A DNA stretch of 64,000 bases from an uncultured Verrucomicrobiae bacterium (GCA_963837955.1 CAWIPH010000002.1:1664001-1728000), one strand, 5' to 3'; counted from the first letter of the stretch, positions 38,507 through 49,608 are shown. Numbers and translations are program-made. Notes: generated by a model not told the origin, from the letters alone.

Positions 38507-39703
38507 GTGACTTTGCTAGACCCTCCTACTGACTCGCATTTTGGCGTTGAGAACCTGCCCTATGGAGTTTTCTCCCGCGGCAATGAGCAGGCACGGGTGG
38601 GGGCGCGGATCGGCGACGCGGTGCTCGACCTTGCCGCTGCGCTGGACGACATGGTCTTCGCACAGCCGTCTCTGAACGCATTCATGGCGCAGGGCCATGA
38701 GCGGTGGAAGGAGGTACGGCTGCGAATCACCCAACTGCTCACTGGCGACCGGTATCGCGCCGCGGTAGAGCCGGCGCTGGTGCCGCTGTCGCAGGTGCAG
38801 CTGCATCTGCCCTTTCAGGTCGGCGATTACGTCGACTTCTACGCGAATGAGCACCACGCGAGCAATATCGGGCGGATGTTCCGGCCGAATGCGGATCCTT
38901 TGCCGCCGAACTGGAAGCATCTGCCCATCGGCTACCACGGCCGGTCCGGCACCATTGTAGTGTCCGGCACCCCGATCGTGCGGCCACGGGGACAACGCAA
39001 GGCCCCGAATGAGCCGGCCCCAACCTTCGGGCCGTCGCGGCGACTAGATATGGAGGCCGAGGTTGGGTTCGTGATAGGAACTGATTCCCGCCTCGGCCAT
39101 CCTGTGACGGTAGCGGAGTTCGCCGAGCGCGTATTCGGTGTGTGCTTGCTGAACGATTGGTCCGCCCGCGACCTGCAGTCATGGGAGTATGTGCCGTTGG
39201 GCCCATTCCTCAGCAAATCCTTCGCGACATCGATCTCGCCGTGGATCGTGCCTCTGGAGGCGCTCGAATACGCCCGGATCGCTCCACCACGGCGGAATCC
39301 GGAACTGTTGCCCTACCTCGCCGACGCCGAGAAGTGGGGACTGGACTTGGGCCTGGAGGTGCGGCTCAACGGCCATCTGATCTCTCGGCCGCCGTTCTCG
39401 GCTATGTACTGGACCGCTGCCCAGATGCTGGCGCATATGACCGTCAATGGCGCCTCTACCCGCACAGGTGACTTCTATGGCTCCGGCACGGTGAGCGGGC
39501 CCGAGAAGGAACAACGCGGCTCACTCATCGAACTGAGCTGGGGCGGCGAGGAACCCTTCACCCTGCCCGATGGAACCGTTCGCAGCTTCCTTGAAGACGG
39601 CGACGAGATCACGATCACCGCCACAGCGCCCGGACCGGCTGGCACCCGGATCGGCTTCGATGAGGTAACCGGTCGGATCTTGCCGGCGCGCTGTGCTAAT
39701 TAA
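38507..39703 (+). CDS. fahA: Fumarylacetoacetase
   Basis: FGVENLPYGVF, GDYVDFY, PIGYHGR, LDMEAE, NDWSARD, WEYVPLGPF, GSGTVSG. Confidence 0.93.
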   Translation: MTLLDPPTDSHFGVENLPYGVFSRGNEQARVGARIGDAVLDLAAALDDMVFAQPSLNAFMAQGHERWKEVRLRITQLLTGDRYRAAVEPALVPLSQVQLHLPFQVGDYVDFYANEHHASNIGRMFRPNADPLPPNWKHLPIGYHGRSGTIVVSGTPIVRPRGQRKAPNEPAPTFGPSRRLDMEAEVGFVIGTDSRLGHPVTVAEFAERVFGVCLLNDWSARDLQSWEYVPLGPFLSKSFATSISPWIVPLEALEYARIAPPRRNPELLPYLADAEKWGLDLGLEVRLNGHLISRPPFSAMYWTAAQMLAHMTVNGASTRTGDFYGSGTVSGPEKEQRGSLIELSWGGEEPFTLPDGTVRSFLEDGDEITITATAPGPAGTRIGFDEVTGRILPARCAN

Positions 39704-39713
39704 TAGTCCTGTC

Positions 39714-39950
39714 ATGGTAGCTCAATTGTTAGTCGAGACGTTTTCGTTGGACCGAGCGGAAATCAGGTTTACGGAGGTCCTGATTCCATGGATCGTGATG
39801 ATTAGCCTGCTGGGCTTCCTAACGGCTTGGCTGGTCGTCGCGATTATGGAGCGAACCGGCTTATCCCGTTACGTCTGGCATCTCCCGCTTTTTTTTCTGG
39901 CACTGGTCGTTCTATTTAGCTCTGTAATCGGATTAGCGTTCCTACCATGA
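39714..39950 (+). CDS. DUF1656/AaeX-like small membrane protein
   Basis: Two TM helices with RYVWHLPLF; precedes the adaptor and FUSC genes. Confidence 0.8.
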   Translation: MVAQLLVETFSLDRAEIRFTEVLIPWIVMISLLGFLTAWLVVAIMERTGLSRYVWHLPLFFLALVVLFSSVIGLAFLP

Positions 39951-40861
39951 AGGCAAGGCTCCTCAATTACCTATTTACGCTGGTGGTTCTTGCTTTGGCC
40001 GCCTGGGCTGCGGTCTCTCTTTATCAACAATATATCCAAAACCCGTGGACGCGGGATTGCCAGGTGCGCGCGAACGTCGTGGGTATCGCCCCTCGGGTCT
40101 CTGGGCCGATCATCCACGTTGCGGTCCATGACAATCAAGAGGTGCAAAAAGGGGATCTGCTCTTTGAGATCGATCCGACCGATTTTCGGGCCCAGGTCGA
40201 CGTTGCGAATGGTCAGGTTCAGAATGACGAAGCAACCTTGAAACAACAGCAGCAAAATCTTAATCGGCAAACCGATCTTTATAAGAATCACGTAACCGCT
40301 CAGCAGGATTTTCAAAACGCCCAGGACAGCTTCGCAGCCGCCCAGGCCCAGCTTACCTCGGCGCAAGCAAATCTCGAATTAGCCAAACTAAACCTCGCCT
40401 ACACCAAGGTTTTTGCTCCCGTGGACGGTTACGTCACGAATATGAACACGAGCGAGGGAACCTATGTCACCGCTGGGAAGCAACTGATCGCTTTGGTCGA
40501 TACGGGTTCATTTTGGATTGCGGCCTATTTCAAAGAAACCCAGTTACCCCACATCGATCTTGGACAGAAGGCTAAACTCACGATCATGGGCTACGATAAC
40601 CAACCGTTCCAGGGTATCGTCCGGAGCGTTGGATGGGGCATCTATGTTCAGGATGGCTCGGGCAGCGACACGACGGGCTTGTTGCCCTCGATTAATCAAA
40701 CCGTGGATTGGGTTCGCCTCCCGCAACGTTTCCCGGTCCGCATCCAGGTTTTGGGGCGACCGCCCGTGCCGTTGCGGATTGGCCAAACCGTTTCCGTGGC
40801 GATGACGCGCGAAGTCGAGCCTACTGAAGCACCCAAAAAGAACGCCGCTGCGCAACCATGA
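39947..40861 (+). CDS. AaeA/HlyD family adaptor
   Basis: PWTRD, IAPRVSG, APVDGYVTN, AYFKET, WVRLPQRFPVRI. Confidence 0.9.
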   Translation: MKARLLNYLFTLVVLALAAWAAVSLYQQYIQNPWTRDCQVRANVVGIAPRVSGPIIHVAVHDNQEVQKGDLLFEIDPTDFRAQVDVANGQVQNDEATLKQQQQNLNRQTDLYKNHVTAQQDFQNAQDSFAAAQAQLTSAQANLELAKLNLAYTKVFAPVDGYVTNMNTSEGTYVTAGKQLIALVDTGSFWIAAYFKETQLPHIDLGQKAKLTIMGYDNQPFQGIVRSVGWGIYVQDGSGSDTTGLLPSINQTVDWVRLPQRFPVRIQVLGRPPVPLRIGQTVSVAMTREVEPTEAPKKNAAAQP

Positions 40862-43098
40862 TTATGGTTGCTCGAACCGAAGCTATTGCCTTGGCACCGA
40901 GGCGGGACTGGCCGCTCCAGAGTTTCTTTGGTGACTTGAGGATACGGTACGCGATCAAACTCAGTCTGGCGGCATTGCTGGCATTGTTTTCGACCCAGAT
41001 ATTGCGACTGCAGCATGCCAGTTGGGCAATCCTCACCGTGCTGGTGATGATGAGCGCGCACTACGTCGGCTCAATCGCTGTCAAAGCGATCATGCGCGCG
41101 TTGGGTACGATTGTTGGCGCGCTGATTGGTGTCTGGCTAGTGGGCAACTATGCTTCGACGCCGGCAATTTTCTTAACGATCCTTTTCTTTGTCGTTGCTG
41201 TTGCCGGCTACAAATTTGGGCAGTTTCCTGGCAGCCAGGTCCCTTATGCCTATTTCCTGGTCGGCGTCACCACCATTGCGGTCGTGACTTATGGAATCGC
41301 GGATCCTGCTCAGGTCTGGCAGATCGGCCTCAATCGGACGCTGGAGATTTTAGTTGGGGTCGGGAGCTCGCTACTGGTTACGTCCTTAATCTGGCCCCGC
41401 TATGCTCGGGAAGAGTTTGTTGCGGCGGGGCGCGCTGCTCTCAAGACCGTGGGCAAACTCTTTGCGATGCAGACTGACATCAGCCGGACCAACACCCCAG
41501 CCGAGGTGGAACAAATTCATCAAGCTTTCAGTAAACAGTTATTCGTTTTAAGAAATCTGCTGCAAGCTGGATCCCGGGAGAGCACCGTTTTTTCCGCTCG
41601 CCTCTCGCATTACAATTCTTTCTTGGTGTCTCTGATTAACCTGTTTCATGCCGCACTCCATGTCAGGCGGTGGCGTCAAGGAGAGAGTTCCATTCTGGAA
41701 CACCTTCGAAGTGAGCTTGAGTCGCTGGAAGCTACAATTTCTGAAGAGTTTGGCATCCTGACTGCACCCCGACTTCCGGGCGAAAAGCTGCGCTCAAGTA
41801 GTTTAAACGAGGCGTTTGCAGTCTTTGAGAAAAGGGTGAACGAGCTTCGGAATCAGGGCGTTCTGGTCGCTGCGCCAACCGAGATTGCGATGAAGTTCGC
41901 TGGGCATTTCGGTGCTCTGCGCTCTTTTCTTGACAACCTGAACAATATTCGCAGCGCGATGGAGGGTCTGCCGCGCTTCGGGCAACCGCCGCCCGAAGCC
42001 AAGCCCCACTGGGACTTTCTCCCGACCATTGACTGGTTTTGGGTGAAGGTCGGAATAAAGGGCGGTTTAGCTGCGGTGATTTCCGTCCTTCTCCTCAAGT
42101 GGATCAATCCTCCTGGACCAGCTTCAATTCCGCTCATGGCATGGACGCTCAGTATTTTAGGACGACCATTCCTGCGCGTCGGCGGGGCCGGCGATCAGCG
42201 AGCTTTTCAGAATGCATTCCTCGCGTCTATTGGTCTGACCGGCTGCACGGTTCTCCTTTTGTTCATCACACCATTTCTGGCGAACTATGCGGTCATGAAT
42301 TTGGCGCTCTTTCTTATCCTCTTTGGATTTGGTTTCCTGACCGCTCGGATCCCCGGCATTAACTTTTCGATGCAGGTCGCATTAATCGCTATGAGCGCCT
42401 TTGTCGGGCTCAATCCGCAACAGCCCGTCCCGTCACAGACAATCATCGACACCTTTCTTGGCATAATCATCGGAATGGGAATAGCGACCGTGGTCGGAAG
42501 ACTGGTCTGGCCGGTCTTGCCACAAAGAGTATTGCGAGATAATTTGCTTGCCCTGTTTGCGCAGACCAAAGCGTTGCTGAGTGGAGATCCCCATCGAGAG
42601 AAGATTCAAACGCAACTGGCGATTCTGCCAGTGGAAGCTTTGCAAGCCACTCAGCAGATTCGGATAACCGGGTGTCCCGAAAAAGAAAAGGCGAAGATCG
42701 CCACTTTCGTTCGGGCTCTCCAAGCACTAGTAACTCAGATTACGGAGCTGGTTTCGCATCGAAATATTTTGCCGGAAATCGCGGGACCGATCCTGCGACC
42801 ACAGTTTGAGCGGTTAGAAATTGAGTTTAAGCAGATGCTGGATGCTTTTACTGAGTGCTTTCGCCAAGGTAATTGCCACCGCGAGCTGCCGTCCGTCCAC
42901 GGCGCTTTAGCCGAAATGGATCAGGCAGTCAAACAGATCCGGGACAGCCGAATCTTAGCCGACCAGAAGTTAGAAGTGCCTTTGCAGATGCTGGATCTGG
43001 CCAATCGTTACCAAGCAATCGGGGAGGCTCTAGAAGAGTGCGGTCGATTGGTTCAAACGTTGGAGATTCAGCGATACTGGGGGGACTATGCTCTATAG
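40858..43098 (+). CDS. FUSC/AaeB family aromatic acid exporter
   Basis: WAILTVLVM, RALGTIVGA, two TM clusters separated by a helical domain. Confidence 0.85.
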   Translation: MIMVARTEAIALAPRRDWPLQSFFGDLRIRYAIKLSLAALLALFSTQILRLQHASWAILTVLVMMSAHYVGSIAVKAIMRALGTIVGALIGVWLVGNYASTPAIFLTILFFVVAVAGYKFGQFPGSQVPYAYFLVGVTTIAVVTYGIADPAQVWQIGLNRTLEILVGVGSSLLVTSLIWPRYAREEFVAAGRAALKTVGKLFAMQTDISRTNTPAEVEQIHQAFSKQLFVLRNLLQAGSRESTVFSARLSHYNSFLVSLINLFHAALHVRRWRQGESSILEHLRSELESLEATISEEFGILTAPRLPGEKLRSSSLNEAFAVFEKRVNELRNQGVLVAAPTEIAMKFAGHFGALRSFLDNLNNIRSAMEGLPRFGQPPPEAKPHWDFLPTIDWFWVKVGIKGGLAAVISVLLLKWINPPGPASIPLMAWTLSILGRPFLRVGGAGDQRAFQNAFLASIGLTGCTVLLLFITPFLANYAVMNLALFLILFGFGFLTARIPGINFSMQVALIAMSAFVGLNPQQPVPSQTIIDTFLGIIIGMGIATVVGRLVWPVLPQRVLRDNLLALFAQTKALLSGDPHREKIQTQLAILPVEALQATQQIRITGCPEKEKAKIATFVRALQALVTQITELVSHRNILPEIAGPILRPQFERLEIEFKQMLDAFTECFRQGNCHRELPSVHGALAEMDQAVKQIRDSRILADQKLEVPLQMLDLANRYQAIGEALEECGRLVQTLEIQRYWGDYAL

Positions 43099-43429
43099 TG
43101 GTAGGCAGTTGGAACGAATTCCAACAAAGTAGCTTGTTCGTCCGTGCTCAACTACCTCTTTGGCGACAAGAAGACTAAGGTCGCGGTATTCGCTTAGGCG
43201 ATGGTTTGTTGACCTATGTTACTTTTTTGTGCATACGCATTGCCGCGTATTGAATTACGCGGATCGTGTCGCCTGAGTTTGTCCTGAAATTTCAATTTCA
43301 ATTCCATGGCTAGAGCCGTTGGCGTTAGTTTTCCAAATAGTTGCGAGGCCGGATAACTTCGGAAGGACGAGAACTCTTCCTGAAATTGAAAAGATGTTGT
43401 CTGAATGCACCGATTTCTCGCACGCTCAA

Positions 43430-43540
43430 TTGCGCGTTGCGAAAGTGATCCATCACGGGAAATCAGTGATCGTTGCTCGAACCGAAGTGTATTCAGACAG
43501 CGATAGGTTGGTTGGCGGACAGAGTACGTACGCCATAAGC
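43430..43540 (+). pseudogene. C-terminal fragment of a PaaI/hotdog thioesterase
   Basis: LRVAKVIHHGKSVIVARTEVYSDSDRLV...TYAI; no N-terminal half; boundaries approximate. Confidence 0.5.
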
Positions 43541-43577
43541 GGCATCTTACTGTCGAGCCTTGAAGGGTACTTCTAAT

Positions 43578-43649
43578 TTTGAAAAAAGACTCTTCTAAGT
43601 CACTGGCAGGGAAAACTTAAGTCTACTGGCGCAGTCAAGTTAACAGTAA
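43578..43649 (+). pseudogene. Dead 5' stub duplicating the start of the MFP gene at 52535
   Basis: Aligns to 52534-52607 with 4 substitutions and a 2-nt deletion. Confidence 0.85.
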
Positions 43650-44037
43650 GAACTCCCAGCGGTCGTCGCCGTCGCCGCAGCGGTTACAACATTTCGTCGA
43701 AACCGGAACGAAGTAGGGCTATTGGCTAGGAAAGTCTGGAAAGAGAATGCGGCGATAACGTCCTGCTCGGGTCACCAGACAGGTGCCCTTACCTACCGAA
43801 GTCGCGAAACTTCCTGCAAATTCTTATTTTTTTAACTCTGGTATTTCGGACGCCGACTCATTACGGTGTTTTTCGTTAATGTAGTTGTTATATTAATTAG
43901 TTGTACAAGCACCTTATCTAGTAAGACCAAAAATGGGGCAATATAAAGTCGGACGCCGCGACATAAGTGGGGCGACATCGTGGGATCTAAGCGGCAGGGA
44001 TACCGCTGTTAAGTCGTATTCGGGTCTGCGGACCAGC

Positions 44038-45135
44038 ATGAGCTACAAAAATCTCGGGAGCGTTCTGCGCGGCAGTCTATTGGTCGCCGCCTTTGTTCTG
44101 CTGCCGGCAACGCGAACATTTGCGGATTTTGGTGGCGCCGGAGGTGTAATCGTCCCGCAGCAAGTATCGACGATTCCGGCTAACGGAGACCTCAATCCTT
44201 ACGGTGTAGCATTTATACCCAAAGGTTTTCCGGGCAATGGATTGCTTCCACCTGGGGGTTTCGTGGTCTCGAACTTCAATGCCAAAAGCAATGCTCAAGG
44301 AACCGGGACGACGATTGTGAGCGTGTCACCCGCGGGTAAAACGTCTCTCTTCTTCCAAGGCACTGCTCCATTGGGCTTAACTACAGCTCTCGGCGTACTG
44401 AGCAATGGTTTTGTGATCGTGGGCAACTTACCGACCGACCAAGGCGGCACTCCTCAGCAAGGCTCATTGTTAATCCTTGACCGCAATGGAGCGGTTGTAG
44501 CCACACTCACCAATGCGACACTGCTTGATGGTCCGTGGGATCTGACCATCCAAGATGATGGTGCCACGGCCAGGGTTTTTGTTTCATGTGTGTTGAATGG
44601 AACGGTCACTCGGATCGATTTACTCGTAGGCGGGCAGACCGTCACCGTGAAACACATGGTGCAAATTGCTTCCGGGTACGGATTTGGACTTAGCACTGCT
44701 GCGCTCGTCGTCGGTCCAACAGGTTTGGCCTTTGATGCGGCGACCGACGTTCTTTACGTCGCATCGACCTCTGACAATGAGATCTTCGCGGTGAAGGGCG
44801 CCAGAGTGGCAACCCATTCGAAAGGCACCGGCACGGTGGTCTATAACGACAGTCAACATCTCCACGGTCCATTGGGATTGGCATTAGCTCCTAATGGTCA
44901 CCTAATCAGTACTCAAGGGGATGCCGTTAATCCAAGCTCCGACCCGGCTCAGCAGAGCGAAGTTGTGGAATTCACAACGAAAGGTCAGTTTGTCGGACAG
45001 TTTTCACTTGATTCCGCAGCCGGCGCGGCGTTTGGCATCGCGCTCGTCCACGCGAATGGAAAATTTCCGGTGGACCTCGGCTTGGTAAATGACGCCACGA
45101 ACACTCTTACGGTGTTTGAATTCGGCGGAGATTAG
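44038..45135 (+). CDS. Secreted beta-propeller protein (NHL/TIGR03118-like)
   Basis: Signal peptide; repeated blade motifs NPYGVAF, GPWDLT, GPTGLAFD, GPLGLALAP. Confidence 0.75.
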   Translation: MSYKNLGSVLRGSLLVAAFVLLPATRTFADFGGAGGVIVPQQVSTIPANGDLNPYGVAFIPKGFPGNGLLPPGGFVVSNFNAKSNAQGTGTTIVSVSPAGKTSLFFQGTAPLGLTTALGVLSNGFVIVGNLPTDQGGTPQQGSLLILDRNGAVVATLTNATLLDGPWDLTIQDDGATARVFVSCVLNGTVTRIDLLVGGQTVTVKHMVQIASGYGFGLSTAALVVGPTGLAFDAATDVLYVASTSDNEIFAVKGARVATHSKGTGTVVYNDSQHLHGPLGLALAPNGHLISTQGDAVNPSSDPAQQSEVVEFTTKGQFVGQFSLDSAAGAAFGIALVHANGKFPVDLGLVNDATNTLTVFEFGGD

Positions 45136-45620
45136 GGATTCAGAGTTGCAGTTAATGGTCGCCGGTTGCTCGCGGAGGTGCTTTGCGCTTCCTACAGCTA
45201 ACCGGCGGGCATAAGTGTGCGTCGACCAGCGTAAGTCTTGGAGTGGTCACGATTTCGGTGGGAGGAAAACGTTCAGCGTGCGCTGTTGTCCTCCGGCCCT
45301 AGTTTGGCAAAGATCAGCTAGATTTGGGGCTGATCCTAACCAACAAAAATTGAGTTGGTCATTTGGGAATTGTTGGCAACTACAGTGGTTAGACTACGGA
45401 CGCGCGACATGTCAGACGAAGCCCCCGAAAGAGGTTGTATCCCATCGGAAAGGCTGTTTTTATAACCGCCGTGAAAGCCTTTTCAAGTCTCCAGCGATCG
45501 CCAGACGGCGCTTTTCGCCGTCCGCGATTCAGCATAAAGCCCGTTCTGGGCTTCGCGAAGACAATGGCTACTTTCCGTTCAACCAACGGAACTGGTTGTT
45601 GGCGTTATGCTTCGGGAGGG

Positions 45621-47018
45621 ATGTCGAAAGTCGTTGGTGGAATTCTGGCTGCGACGGTTGCGATGCTGGGTATCGGGTCGGCGCAAACAGGATCTAACAT
45701 CCCGTTTAATCATTTCATCTATATCATCCAGGAAAATCACACGTTTGATAGTTACTTCGGCACCTATCCGGGTGCGAACGGAATTCCGCCGGGAATCAAA
45801 TTGCCGGAAGTTCCGGGTGGTCCACCTAAGATTAAGCCTTTTCACCTAATCTCTACCCATATCCCTCGTGATCTCGCGCACACCTGGCAGGCGGTTCGGA
45901 CAGCCTGGAATCAGGGGCGCATGGATGGGTTTTTGTGGGCTGAATGGCCGGAGGCATTAGAATTTTATTGGGGAAGCAAAACTATTCCAAGTCCGAATCC
46001 TGAGTTAGTCGAAGGTTTTCATGGTTCGGCTCAGCCAGTGGTAACAGCGCTTTCGCCCAATGGTGCAGCCGACGATGAGGATGAGAGTGCTCCTGATATT
46101 GAAGAGCAGACCACAACGGCTGTGGCACCCCCGGCTGCGCCCCCGAATCTGGGCTCCCGCCCAGCGTGGGTTCTTGACACGCTGGGTTACATGGATTTCC
46201 ACGAAATCCCGAATTATTGGGAATACGCCCGCAAGTTCACCTTGTGTGATTATTTCTTTTCGTCCCTCATGGGACCAAGTGAGCCGAATCATCTCTATGC
46301 CGTGGCGGCACAATCCGGCGGTCTTGTTAACAACCCCGGTGGCCCGCGCGTCGAACCGACCTATTCGTTCCCAACCATGGTCGAGCTGCTCCGGAATTCC
46401 AGTGTCACTTGGAACTACTACACAGGTCAGCCGAATCCCCACCATCATTCGCTTTGGAATCCTTTAGTCGGTTTCGAACAGGTTAAGAGTGACCCCGGTT
46501 TGATGTCACATTTCGTTAAGAAAGAACAGTTCTACGATGATATTAAGGCGGGGACGTTGCCCCAAGTTTCCTGGGTAATTCCGGGATTCAAAGAAAGTGA
46601 ACATCCTCCAGCAGATGTGCAGACAGGAATGCGGTATGTTACCAAATTAATTAATGCTGTTATGCAGAGTCCTTATTGGAAAGATACAGCAATCATTTTG
46701 GTGTGGGACGATTACGGTGGTTTTTACGATCACGTCCCTCCCCAGCAGACCGATCTCTACGGCTGGGGGCCGCGTGTCCCTGCCATCGTCATTTCTCCTT
46801 ACTCGCGATCGGGTGTTGTCAATCACACCCGGTTCGATTTGACTTCGCCGCTCAAGCTGATCGAAACCAGGTTTGGACTTTCGCCGCTGACTGCTCGAGA
46901 CAGAGGTTCGCACGACATGTTGGACTGTTTCAATTTTTCGCAGAAACCGCTGCCGCCGGACATTATTACATCCAGCACCAAACTTGATTTCAGCGGAATG
47001 GTCACCACGGTGCCGTGA
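45621..47018 (+). CDS. Secreted phosphoesterase (phospholipase C/acid phosphatase family), paralog 1
   Basis: [47 protein letters not shown]. Confidence 0.9.
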   Translation: MSKVVGGILAATVAMLGIGSAQTGSNIPFNHFIYIIQENHTFDSYFGTYPGANGIPPGIKLPEVPGGPPKIKPFHLISTHIPRDLAHTWQAVRTAWNQGRMDGFLWAEWPEALEFYWGSKTIPSPNPELVEGFHGSAQPVVTALSPNGAADDEDESAPDIEEQTTTAVAPPAAPPNLGSRPAWVLDTLGYMDFHEIPNYWEYARKFTLCDYFFSSLMGPSEPNHLYAVAAQSGGLVNNPGGPRVEPTYSFPTMVELLRNSSVTWNYYTGQPNPHHHSLWNPLVGFEQVKSDPGLMSHFVKKEQFYDDIKAGTLPQVSWVIPGFKESEHPPADVQTGMRYVTKLINAVMQSPYWKDTAIILVWDDYGGFYDHVPPQQTDLYGWGPRVPAIVISPYSRSGVVNHTRFDLTSPLKLIETRFGLSPLTARDRGSHDMLDCFNFSQKPLPPDIITSSTKLDFSGMVTTVP

Positions 47019-47052
47019 TAGGCGGCTTCGTGAAACGTGTTTGAAGATAGTA

Positions 47053-47092
47053 AGACGGCGGCTCTGGATAGCCAAGGCTGCCGTCTGGTTTT
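47053..47092 (+). terminator. Possible intrinsic terminator
   Basis: AGACGGCGGC...GCTGCCGTCT stem followed by GGTTTT. Confidence 0.4.
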
Positions 47093-47146
47093 AGCGAGAT
47101 ACTCTAGTTAATGCTCAGTCCCCCAAAAGGGGAAGAGGAATCAGCC

Positions 47147-48019
47147 CCGTGGCCGGCGCATGCGCGTCGACACAAGGCTTAGAAGTATGCGCAGAAGACT
47201 CGTCCCGGAGGGACTTGACAATGAGAAGTAGCCCAGTACGAAGTGCTGGGAAATAATGTACGCCAATCGCCATCGCTTCAGCACGCGGGAGCAATTAGAG
47301 CAAGAAAGGGCTCGAGTCGAAGAGCTCATTAGCGAGCTGATCCAACGAGGGGAAGCGGCTGATCAAGCTGAAGAGGGCGAAGCAGAGACTGAAGGCTTGC
47401 CAGCGGAGTTAGCCGATGGGCAAAAGCGCCGTAAGGCCATCAAAGAAGCTCTAGAGCGCATCAAGCAACGAGAAGCCCAGCAGCAAGCCGAAAAAGAGCA
47501 ATTAGCCCAGAGCGGTCGTCAGAGCCAGGCCAAGGAGGTACGGATGAATTTGACCGATCCAGACTGTGGGATCTTACACCGTAAAGGGGCAGGTACAGTC
47601 ATTGGCTATAACGCCCAAATTGGAGTCGATATCCAAGGTGCAGGCCTGATTGTGACTAATGCCGTCAGTGCCAAAGGGGGCGACGCGGAGTTATTGAACC
47701 AAGTCCTTGAGCAGCTCGCTCCCGAGTTAGGAGCAGTAAAGGAAGCAATGAAAGTGGCCCGAGACGAAGTGGTGGGAAATAATGCAAAAAAAGAGACGTC
47801 CGTCCCGGCAGGGACGATAGAAGTGTTTTGGTTCCCGGTCCTCTTGTTTAATGCAGCTTCACCAACGTAAGGAGCCATCGATCGTCCCGTCCGGGACGGG
47901 TCGTTTCTTTTGAACGCTATCCCAGCACTTCGTACTGGGCTACTTTCATTGAGTCCCTCCGGGACGAGTCCTCTCGGCGCATATCCTTCCTTAATGCTGA
48001 CGCGCATGCGCGGCCGCGG
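47147..48019. repeat. REPIN-like element (GTAG type) interrupted by a transposase fragment
   Basis: Terminal inverted arms of ~100 bp containing GTCCCGGAGGGAC and GTAGCCCAGTACGAAGTGCTGGG; same family as 30936-31166. Confidence 0.85.
47259..47740 (+). mobile_element. Internal fragment of an IS1182-family transposase
   Basis: ANRHR...ELIQRGEAADQAEE, NLTDPDC, GYNAQIGVD, GD..LL; no N-terminus, no AD.GY motif, no IS ends. Confidence 0.75.
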
Positions 48020-48120
48020 ACTGCATCTCATCAGAGTTCGGCCTATCATGATCTGCGACAAGAAAATTATGATACCGGTTAGGAACAACTTCTTAGGTCG
48101 GATCCACACCCCAGCGCAGA

Positions 48121-49608
48121 TCAGCGGATCCATTTCCATTCCCCGGCTGTTGCTTTTTCCAATCGAGCGTAGCTGTGGAAAAGGTCAAACAAGCTGCGCT
48201 CTCGGGCTCGTTTTGCCTCGAGTAGATTCAGATCTGCGACGATCAACTCCGAGATTGGAGTTCTCCCATAGGTGGCTAACTCCTGCAACCGTTTGAGGGT
48301 TGTCTCCCGTTCTTGAACCAACGCAGTGTTCCGCGATTGGAATTCGATGGCGTATTGAATGTCAGTAAATGCCTCGAAGATGGACCGGCGCAGCTCGTCG
48401 TTTACTTTCACGAGCCGCTCCTTCTCTTCTTGCCATTTCAGGTCGGACGCTTTGGCCGCATAGTGCAGCTCGCCAAAATCGAATACGGGCGCACTAAGAG
48501 CGAGCACTGAGATCCAGCGATCGGCTCCCTGCGACTCCAAGTCATTGCCCCACCGGTAGCTACTTCTAATCTCCCCGCTGGGCCACAACTTAGCATGCTT
48601 GAGAGCCAGGTCCGCCTTAGCCTCGTCGATCGCCGCCTGCTGTAACGCGATTAGCGGATGATCCGTATGAGTGCGGAGCATCAGTCCGTCAAAGGTCGGC
48701 AAAGGCTGGGGTTCGGGGTGTTTGCTATCAATTCGGAAGTTGCGTGGATCATCAATCCCCACCAATTGGCCCACATAGGAGAACGAATAGATGGCCAATT
48801 CTCTCGCGGTCTCAAACTCGATTGTAGCTTCCCTCAATTTTGTCTCCGCGAGCTCCTTATCCGCCGGGGAGACAAGGTCATGTTTTGCCTTCTCTCTAAC
48901 CATCTCGGTCTGCTTCAGGACCAACCCCAAATGCTGACGAAGCATTTCAGTGTCATTGTTTGTTGCGATCGCTCGCAGATAGATTTCGGTCGCTCTAAAG
49001 ATTATCTCCTGCTCGGACAAACGCGACTTCTGGACAAGAATTCGTCCCTCAGCCCGTTTCATATTCACTGCCGGTGGAGTGTTAATCCCAAGGAAAGTAC
49101 CATCCTTGAAGAACGGCATGGTCAAAGTGGGTCCTAACAGGTCGAAAAACCCCCAATTAATCGTACGAAATTGGACCGGCACCTGGATAGTCTGCTTGGT
49201 CGCGGGAGATGTCTCTGTAGCGGGTGTTCTGATTGTTTCTTGCACCGTGGCGTTCGCGAAAAGATGCAGGTTGGTGGTTCCGTCAACGACTCCCAGATCC
49301 GCATGAGCAGTTAGTTGGGGCAAGTACGATGCTCGCGCGGATTTGATCTCCTCATCCGAGGACATTTGGGCTAAGCGGTCGGCGATCAAAGTCGGGTCGC
49401 GGCCAACGACAGCCTTGATGTAACTCGGTAAGTTAAATTGGATTGGTTTGTTGGTCGCCTTCTTGGGAGAAGGGGAAGGCTGGGGTTGTACGGGCTGAGC
49501 CTTCTTCACCGGGCTGGGCGAGGGCGAGCCAGCAGCTTCGACTTCTTGTGGGCTAAGGAGCACGCCCAAAAAAGTAGCCAGCGTCAATACCGCAAAAGAG
49601 CGTCTCAC
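48121..49608 (-). CDS. TolC family outer-membrane factor with a Pro-rich N-terminal linker
   Basis: Signal peptide; ARASYLPQL, LSAPVFDFG, helical repeats, YARLEKATAG. Confidence 0.85.
   Translation of the reverse strand: MRRSFAVLTLATFLGVLLSPQEVEAAGSPSPSPVKKAQPVQPQPSPSPKKATNKPIQFNLPSYIKAVVGRDPTLIADRLAQMSSDEEIKSARASYLPQLTAHADLGVVDGTTNLHLFANATVQETIRTPATETSPATKQTIQVPVQFRTINWGFFDLLGPTLTMPFFKDGTFLGINTPPAVNMKRAEGRILVQKSRLSEQEIIFRATEIYLRAIATNNDTEMLRQHLGLVLKQTEMVREKAKHDLVSPADKELAETKLREATIEFETARELAIYSFSYVGQLVGIDDPRNFRIDSKHPEPQPLPTFDGLMLRTHTDHPLIALQQAAIDEAKADLALKHAKLWPSGEIRSSYRWGNDLESQGADRWISVLALSAPVFDFGELHYAAKASDLKWQEEKERLVKVNDELRRSIFEAFTDIQYAIEFQSRNTALVQERETTLKRLQELATYGRTPISELIVADLNLLEAKRARERSLFDLFHSYARLEKATAGEWKWIR

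Noticed and set aside
45160..45207. Long hairpin after the propeller gene as an ncRNA or attC site
   Set aside because: Single copy, no U-tract and no attC cores; likely an mRNA stability or termination hairpin
47256..47870. Intact 204-aa gene or active transposase
   Set aside because: Chimeric ORF: the start and last ~40 codons come from REPIN sequence and transposase catalytic regions are missing
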